DNA of 64,000 bases. It comes from an uncultured Candidatus Poseidoniales archaeon. GTDB lineage: Archaea; Thermoplasmatota; Poseidoniia; Poseidoniales; Thalassarchaeaceae. Below are positions 58,481 through 64,000 of this stretch, one piece after another. The stretch covers positions 3,201-67,200 of the forward strand of contig CAYLUC010000005.1 of the NCBI GenBank assembly GCA_964386765.1, in the 5' to 3' direction. The notes beneath the pieces are model-generated. The model ran no database searches. It saw nothing but the letters and a program-made list of their open reading frames with translations, and was not told where the DNA came from. The stretch's first letter is position 1. Every line of letters begins with the position of its first letter. Both the position numbers and the translations under genes were made by a program.

Positions 58481-58497
58481 CCATTCCTATGGAATGG
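58481..58497 (+). promoter_or_regulatory. C-TAN-G triloop hairpin (copy 6) overlapping the SD of the DUF4350 gene
   Basis: CCATTCC-TAT-GGAATGG, perfect 7 bp; SD GGAGG (58496-58500) begins in the 3' arm; ATG 58508. Confidence 0.65.
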
Positions 58498-58507
58498 AGG
58501 ACAGGGG

Positions 58508-60151
58508 ATGGCCGACTTCAGCGCTACAATTAGGGGGCTTTCGACTCCCAAATTCAGGAGAGGGGCCTCAATAGCGGCCTTCTGGCTCCTCATTGGGGTA
58601 TTGGTTCTCGAGGTACTTCAGACATACCTCGTGGAAGGAGAAACGCAACAGTCTGCATATGGTGATGACTGGAATGATCTGGGAGCATTCAGAGCAGAGA
58701 TAAACAGCATGGGAGTTGATACAAATGCTCTTGTTTCCAGCCCCCTCCTTCTCAGTGAGATAGATTACCCCGAGGAAGCGATATTTGTGGTGTCTGGGGT
58801 TGAGAGGGACACCATATCACTACCAAGATTCACTGGAGACGAGAATGTGATCGAGTTCTCTGAGGGGGATGGTTACACCACGTCAGAGATACTGGCAATC
58901 GAGAATTTCGTACAGAGGGGTGGAACAGTCATCTTACTCGATGACTTCGGATACTCTGCACAATTAGCTAGCCAATTCGGATTAGACTACTCCGGGCACA
59001 GGCTCTATGACGGCCAAGCGTACGCCCACGAACTGGACTACAACTTCGTGTGGGTCAACACAACATCTGCATTCAACTTCACTACCAATTCGGGATCTCT
59101 TTCCTCCATCAATCCATGCTTGAAGGATTTGGACAATGACGGGGTCATTGATTTGCTAGACGAGGACCCACTGAATCCTTCCGTAACTACTCAGGGAATA
59201 ACTTCTGAAATGGCTGGATTGTGTGCCCACAGGTTCGACCAGGCAACTTCAAGCTGGGATTTCTCGGAGGGTTACGACATACTAACCAACGGCCCCTCAG
59301 CATTCGAGAAGGCAACTTCGTACAATCCCGTGGAAAACCGCTACGCTATAGGTCGCTCAACACTGGATTCATACCTCGATACAAATGATGATGGGAACCT
59401 AACTGTGGGATTCGAGGCGGCAGGAATTGAAGATGATGAACAGGGGCCATTCGCCGTTTACGTAAGATATTGTCAGGACAGACTTTGCATTGATTCAGAT
59501 TCAGGCAGGGTCCACTTTGTCTCAGATGGTTCAATGCTGATCAACTCACTCTACAACCCAGATTATGTCCCAGACTATTCAGGACTGGTTCCTGATAACG
59601 ACAATAGGAAATGGGCTCTGGACATCATTGCCGAGGCACTCCTTATCGGGAATTCAAGCACAAAAGCTAGTGAGAATGCAATCGTAATTTTCGATGAGAG
59701 TCGGCACCAGCAGTCGAATATCGGAGGAGATACCTACAATCTCCTGTACTACCTCCTAATCTATTTCACAAATGATTGGATGGCCATGCTCTTACTGTTC
59801 CTAGGGCTGTTTATCGCGTTGGAGGCAGTTCTGATTAGGAAAGAGGACCCAGACGATTGGAGACACGTTTTCAGAATAATTTACTACGGATTCGGAGATG
59901 CCAGGAGGTATGAGTATTATCAGAGGCCCGAGAAAATCAGACAAGTACTACTCACAAGGGTCAGGAATGTCAATGCTATGTCTAGGGAGGAGTTCGACGC
60001 ACTTCCCGCCTCTGAACTACAGAAAATGGTAGATGACAATGTTCTGACTGACTTCATCTTCAACGATCGCAGATACAAGACCGATGAGCTGGTTGGAATT
60101 GTGAAGAGAATCAAAGATTGGGGACGGACCGAGTCCGATTCGGAGGCCTAG
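58508..60151 (+). CDS. DUF4350-domain membrane protein
   Basis: N-terminal TM; AYGDDWNDLGAFRA, IENFVQRGGTVILLDDFG, RVHFVSDGSMLIN, VIFDESRH motifs; C-terminal TM plus cytoplasmic tail. Confidence 0.8.
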   Translation: MADFSATIRGLSTPKFRRGASIAAFWLLIGVLVLEVLQTYLVEGETQQSAYGDDWNDLGAFRAEINSMGVDTNALVSSPLLLSEIDYPEEAIFVVSGVERDTISLPRFTGDENVIEFSEGDGYTTSEILAIENFVQRGGTVILLDDFGYSAQLASQFGLDYSGHRLYDGQAYAHELDYNFVWVNTTSAFNFTTNSGSLSSINPCLKDLDNDGVIDLLDEDPLNPSVTTQGITSEMAGLCAHRFDQATSSWDFSEGYDILTNGPSAFEKATSYNPVENRYAIGRSTLDSYLDTNDDGNLTVGFEAAGIEDDEQGPFAVYVRYCQDRLCIDSDSGRVHFVSDGSMLINSLYNPDYVPDYSGLVPDNDNRKWALDIIAEALLIGNSSTKASENAIVIFDESRHQQSNIGGDTYNLLYYLLIYFTNDWMAMLLLFLGLFIALEAVLIRKEDPDDWRHVFRIIYYGFGDARRYEYYQRPEKIRQVLLTRVRNVNAMSREEFDALPASELQKMVDDNVLTDFIFNDRRYKTDELVGIVKRIKDWGRTESDSEA

Positions 60152-60153
60152 AA

Positions 60154-61407
60154 ATGTGGACAAGAAAGGCTGCAATAATGCTCACCAGTGGCATAAGTCT
60201 CATTCTCATCGGGATGATGATTTCCAATTTCCAACTGATGATTGTCGGGCTGTCGTTCATCTCCTTACTGGCAATCAATGGATGGGTATCAGGCCATTCT
60301 GAACTACTGGTCGAGAGAGAAACCTCCGCCACAAACGTGTACAAGGGAGACGACATAGTGGTCTCTCTCACTGTCACAAACAAATCTTATCGTAGAACTC
60401 AGCAATTGGAACTCTTCGACAATGTCCCGCATGAGATGAAGATGCGTAAAGGAATCAATCAGATGAGAATGAATCTAGGACCAGGACAAACGGCAAAACT
60501 CCGTTATGTTGTCAGATGCCCTCTGAGGGGCCACTACACAGTAGGCCCCGTTTCTATCCGATACAGAAACGCCTTCAATCTCTTTGTGAATGAAACGAAG
60601 TTGGACGACAGGTCGGATATCACGGTCTTCCCACAGATAAGGGATATTGAGGAGGCACTTCTGAGGTCAGATGTTCCCAAGATGTACTCGGGCGCGACTA
60701 CTCTGAAGACACCCGGTCCCGGGATGGAGTTCTACGCACTCAGAGAGTACCTGCCAGGAGACTCCTTCCGTTCGATCAATTGGAAAGCTCTGGCTAGAAC
60801 TGGGGAGATGATGGTAAACGAGAAAACCAGAGACGCGGTGACGGATGTTTTCGTGATAGTCGATACCAGGGACGTCTCTAGGATTGGCACGGTTTTGAAG
60901 AACCCACTAGAGATGGGCACCGTAGCAGCGGCCTCTGTGTCCAATTACTTCCTGAAGAGGAGGGACTCGGTATCTTTGGTAACATACGGCTCTAGGATGG
61001 ATTACATTCCACCCGAAACCGGAGACAAGCAGTACTTCAAGATCCTAAGTGGGCTAGCCTCGGTCGAGGCAAAGGGATCAATGCCGCTCCAAGCAGTCAC
61101 TAACGCACTATCACCGAGAATGAGTCGTGGTTCTCCCGTGTTCATTATCAGTAGTCTGGAGGGGGATGGGACAACATTGCCTGCAATTAGGAACCTATCT
61201 GGGAAAGGCCACGAGGTGATAGTCCTGTCACCAAGCAGCATCGACCTTGAGAGATTGGTTAGCCGGATTCCGAGGATGTCCTACGAGGTTCTGAAGTTGG
61301 AAAGACAGAACCGTCTCACAGCAATAGCTGGATATGGGGCCAAGGTAATCGACTGGATGCCAGATGTCGAGCTTTCTCAAGCTCTATTGCAGATTAAGTT
61401 GGGTTAG
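60154..61407 (+). CDS. DUF58 (vWA-like, MoxR-associated) protein
   Basis: CPLRGHYTVGP, TVFPQI, GPGMEFYALREYLPGDSFRSINWKALAR, IVDT motifs; ATG 60154. Confidence 0.92.
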   Translation: MWTRKAAIMLTSGISLILIGMMISNFQLMIVGLSFISLLAINGWVSGHSELLVERETSATNVYKGDDIVVSLTVTNKSYRRTQQLELFDNVPHEMKMRKGINQMRMNLGPGQTAKLRYVVRCPLRGHYTVGPVSIRYRNAFNLFVNETKLDDRSDITVFPQIRDIEEALLRSDVPKMYSGATTLKTPGPGMEFYALREYLPGDSFRSINWKALARTGEMMVNEKTRDAVTDVFVIVDTRDVSRIGTVLKNPLEMGTVAAASVSNYFLKRRDSVSLVTYGSRMDYIPPETGDKQYFKILSGLASVEAKGSMPLQAVTNALSPRMSRGSPVFIISSLEGDGTTLPAIRNLSGKGHEVIVLSPSSIDLERLVSRIPRMSYEVLKLERQNRLTAIAGYGAKVIDWMPDVELSQALLQIKLG

Positions 61408-61415
61408 GTGATTTT

Positions 61416-62588
61416 ATGATTTCAAATGAAGTTCCAATGAGAAAGTCACTCAACATCAGCCAACTCCGCCGACGTTGGCAGATACTGCTGTTGCAGTTAA
61501 TCTCAACCGCCTCGCTTGTCCTCCTGATGCAGAGAATGACGAGACTCTATGGAACGTGCTCAGACACATTTGTCGAATCATATGGTGACTCACTGTACTG
61601 GTGTCCGGCATATGAGCACACTCGTGGACTTAGGTGGTTTGAGCAGGAAACTGGTTCGTTGGTCCTTCCGGACTTCCTGACGGGACTAGATCAAACTGGT
61701 GAAATGACTGTGGCCGCCCCGCTCGTTCTTTGCTTCGCAATCACTGGAGTCTGGATTTACGTACTTACTCGTGGCGAGTCGACCAGAAAGTGGATCAATA
61801 TCGCAGTGGCAGTGATTTTCTTCGCATGGATGCTTCTTCCATTCCTGATTTCATGGATAATGGCGATGGATCACCCTCTGAATCACATCGGACATCTCTG
61901 GGGGCCTCTCCTTTTCATCTTCGAACTCATTTTCCTAGGGGTGGTTTTCGCTCCTGTACTCGCTGGGATAATGGGCATCTGGGGACTCTCTAAGAAGTTC
62001 CTAACTTGGACAGTCGGGTATTACCTTACGGTGATAGGGGTGCATGCAATACTAACATTTGAGGGGATAACTGAGTCTGTGGACTTGGGCTTAAATCCAC
62101 TCCCAGCTCAGATTGGTGAGGCCACGATGATTGGAGGCCTAGTTTCTCCAATGGCGCTTGACCTGATTGAGGTGGCCATACTACTACTATTGTACCTAGA
62201 ATCTGGGTCAGCAGTAATTTCCCATATGGAGTATGCGTCTCTGCTCCCCAAGGATGCGAAGAGGGATCCAGATTTCGTCAGGCAGTTCGAAAATGTCGTC
62301 AACGGCCACCTAGTTCACCTGATTGGGGTCATGTCCCTGGTAGCCCTCACTACAGCGATCGCACTCGAGTTCGACGACTTCCTGATTTCAACAGTTGGAG
62401 CACTATCTGGGGGACAGTGGTCTGGTCAGGTAAAGGAGTCTCTAGAGCTCCAGTTGACCTATGGGAAGGTCATCTCCGCGGGCCTCTTCCTAGTCGTGGT
62501 CGCTGGAATGAGGTTTGTTCTGCCGTGGCAGAGGGTCACAGGCATATTCGAGACAGCACTATTGAGGTTCAGATCCTCTGAGACATGA
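61416..62588 (+). CDS. Polytopic membrane protein of unknown function
   Basis: About 8-9 hydrophobic segments; SD AGGTGA; co-directional with DUF58. Confidence 0.75.
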   Translation: MISNEVPMRKSLNISQLRRRWQILLLQLISTASLVLLMQRMTRLYGTCSDTFVESYGDSLYWCPAYEHTRGLRWFEQETGSLVLPDFLTGLDQTGEMTVAAPLVLCFAITGVWIYVLTRGESTRKWINIAVAVIFFAWMLLPFLISWIMAMDHPLNHIGHLWGPLLFIFELIFLGVVFAPVLAGIMGIWGLSKKFLTWTVGYYLTVIGVHAILTFEGITESVDLGLNPLPAQIGEATMIGGLVSPMALDLIEVAILLLLYLESGSAVISHMEYASLLPKDAKRDPDFVRQFENVVNGHLVHLIGVMSLVALTTAIALEFDDFLISTVGALSGGQWSGQVKESLELQLTYGKVISAGLFLVVVAGMRFVLPWQRVTGIFETALLRFRSSET

Positions 62589-62840
62589 CTACCTTATTTT
62601 CATTGACCTGTACATCACTCTAATCAGCAAGTCCGCTACTAGTGGGGTCAATATTACCGCGGATGCAATCGCCCCGATTAGGGACATCTCCCCAATGTAC
62701 CCATCCAGTACTTCAGTAGCTTCAGGAATCAAAGCAATAGATGAGACTAAGCACAGAGAAAACACCAACCGCTCTGGCCAGGGACTGGAGTATCTGCCTA
62801 GTGAGTCAGATCTGTTGGGAAGCGTCCCAGTATCCTCCAT
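62589..62840 (-). CDS. Small two-TM membrane protein
   Basis: 83 aa from ATG 62840 (MEDTG...); two hydrophobic segments; fills the gap exactly. Confidence 0.55.
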   Translation of the reverse strand: MEDTGTLPNRSDSLGRYSSPWPERLVFSLCLVSSIALIPEATEVLDGYIGEMSLIGAIASAVILTPLVADLLIRVMYRSMKIR

Positions 62841-62935
62841 GCATACAAGTGCGCACCATAAGTTATCAAAAAATCGCATATTACTTCAGGAAAAACACTC
62901 ATTGGGTTCAAGACGACATACTCTCGGCCCCAATC

Positions 62936-63937
62936 ATGGGCGAGGCGATTGTGGTCAACTCCTGTAGCCGCTGCAAGTCCCCCGCCATAGTCCACCAGCC
63001 CTACAGCGGGCAGCATCTTTGTCCTAGACACCTCGAAGCATCCATTCGAAAGAGGACCTCCAAGGAACTCCGGAGGCAGTTGGAACTCCCTCGCGACGCC
63101 AGGCATGAAGATGGGAGCCCATTCGTCATCCTCGCTGCAATTTCTGGAGGGAAGGACTCCGCTGTACTACTAACAATGCTGATTGACATCATCGGGAACC
63201 GTCGTGACGTAGAGATAGTTTCTGGGTGCGTGGATGAGGGCATCGATGGATATAGATCGCCCTCGATGGAAAGGGCCAGAGAGCTTTCCGAATCTCTTGG
63301 CGTGGAGTTCTTCACACTTAGTTACGAAGAAATGGGATTCCAGAGGATGGACGAGGTCGTCAGGAGAATGCCTGCAATGGGCGAGTTACACGATGAGGCA
63401 GATGGCTTGATGCCTTGCTCATACTGCGGTGTTTTCAGAAGGCAGAGCCTCAATGCTTTGGCCGAGAAAACAAAGGCAGACGTGATGGCATTGGGCCATA
63501 ACCTAGATGACATGGCCCAATCGATATTGATGAACCTGCAGAAAGGGGAGATCGAGAGATCTGTTCGCCTGGCCCCACACACGTCAACCCCAATCGAAGG
63601 AATAGTCCCTAGGATCGTCCCTCTGCGTTGGATCCCAGAGCAAGAAATCCACGCTCATGCCATTTCCAAATCCCTCCCAATCCACCATGGTGACTGCCCA
63701 CACGCCCCAGGCGCACAGAGGCAACAGAGCAGATCCGTGATAGCACAACTTGAGTCCCTGACCCCAGGTGCTAGGCATGGACTCCTCCATTCCCTCGACC
63801 AGATTCGTGAAATTCACAGGGACGCCTATCCGAATGCCAAGCAGGATGTTGTGGAATGCAAGGAATGCGGGGAGATAACATCTAGGGAAGTGTGCCAGTC
63901 GTGCACCATGAAGAAGTGGCTTTCAGAGGCATCATGA
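62936..63937 (+). CDS. ttuA: tRNA 2-thiouridine synthesis PP-loop ATPase (TtuA/Ncs6, TIGR00269-like)
   Basis: N-terminal CSRC..HLC zinc site, SGGKDS PP-loop, CSYCGVFRR, GHNLDD, CPHA, C-terminal CKEC..CQSC; ATG 62936. Confidence 0.92.
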   Translation: MGEAIVVNSCSRCKSPAIVHQPYSGQHLCPRHLEASIRKRTSKELRRQLELPRDARHEDGSPFVILAAISGGKDSAVLLTMLIDIIGNRRDVEIVSGCVDEGIDGYRSPSMERARELSESLGVEFFTLSYEEMGFQRMDEVVRRMPAMGELHDEADGLMPCSYCGVFRRQSLNALAEKTKADVMALGHNLDDMAQSILMNLQKGEIERSVRLAPHTSTPIEGIVPRIVPLRWIPEQEIHAHAISKSLPIHHGDCPHAPGAQRQQSRSVIAQLESLTPGARHGLLHSLDQIREIHRDAYPNAKQDVVECKECGEITSREVCQSCTMKKWLSEAS

Positions 63938-63946
63938 GGTTTGAGA

Positions 63947-64000
63947 ATGATCGTAAACATAGCCGGATATAGGTTCGTGGACATTCCGGACAGGGACTCA
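63947..64000 (+). CDS. 5' end of a CDS (partial), resembling the N-terminus of TrhO/YceA-type rhodanese-domain proteins
   Basis: MIVNIAGYRFVDIPDRDS; only 18 codons visible, so the family call is weak. Confidence 0.45.
   Translation, partial: MIVNIAGYRFVDIPDRDS

Noticed and set aside
219-58497. Triloop hairpins as REP/MITE or IS200/605 end relics
   Set aside because: Stems share little primary sequence, there is no common flanking tetranucleotide, no target-site duplications and no transposase in the window.
24704-62935. Long N-terminal extensions given by the ORF track for Rio1, FolC, NuoJ, TtuA, MC1, SdhA, Cdc48 and DUF58
   Set aside because: They overlap neighbouring genes or precede good SD-ATG pairs; downstream starts were used instead.
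337-63817. The many 60-280 aa alternative-frame and antisense ORFs in the track (e.g. 41103-41948, 22668-23261, 9578-9955)
   Set aside because: They lie wholly inside well-supported genes, carry no recognisable motifs and have the Ser/Pro/Arg-rich composition of shadow ORFs.
1-64000. tRNA, rRNA, provirus/integrase or defence island
   Set aside because: No T-loop/cloverleaf or rRNA signature, and no integrase, capsid, transposase or restriction-modification motifs were recognised by eye; the window reads as core plus lineage-specific chromosome. tRNAscan-SE/Infernal would be needed to exclude small RNAs.

Overview
Gene-dense archaeal chromosomal segment (about 97% coding, roughly 1.8 kb intergenic by my tally, strong GGAGGTGA-type Shine-Dalgarno sites). 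Gene content points to Marine Group II / Ca. Poseidoniales (Thermoplasmatota); this placement is an inference. The supporting genes are aIF1A-Rio1-Dim2, presenilin-like PSH, Hjc, MC1, Cdc48, large secreted subtilase/Ig-repeat proteins and bacterial-type catabolic genes. Contents in order: (1) four or five large surface/secreted proteins, including a 1497-aa S8 protease with a cytoplasmic C4HC3 zinc finger; (2) a 12-gene complex I-like operon (nuoABCDHI-J1-J2-KLMN) with no nuoEFG and large insertions in NuoH and NuoI; (3) aIF1A/Rio1/KH; (4) leucine-catabolism MCC genes; (5) a YdeP/FdhF-type molybdoenzyme, serS, PSH, folC, dCMP deaminase, a kinase, Lhr, a PI-PLC-like lipoprotein, signal peptidase, site-2 protease, Hjc, macrodomain, Lrp and MC1; (6) a mycobacterial Sdh1-like (type F) succinate dehydrogenase, an unannotated 40-aa zinc-finger microprotein, ALDH, Cdc48 plus PRC-barrel, DUF4350/DUF58 and TtuA/Ncs6. 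The strongest unexplained signal is a family of intergenic hairpins. Their 7-9 bp stems differ in sequence, but all share a C-(TAN)-G triloop, all lie on the sense strand, and all sit in front of the first gene of a functional module (nuo, sdh, liu/mcc, DUF4350 cluster, surface proteins); several cover the Shine-Dalgarno. I recognised no rRNA, tRNA, CRISPR array or mobile element. All calls are by eye from motifs; no database search was run.
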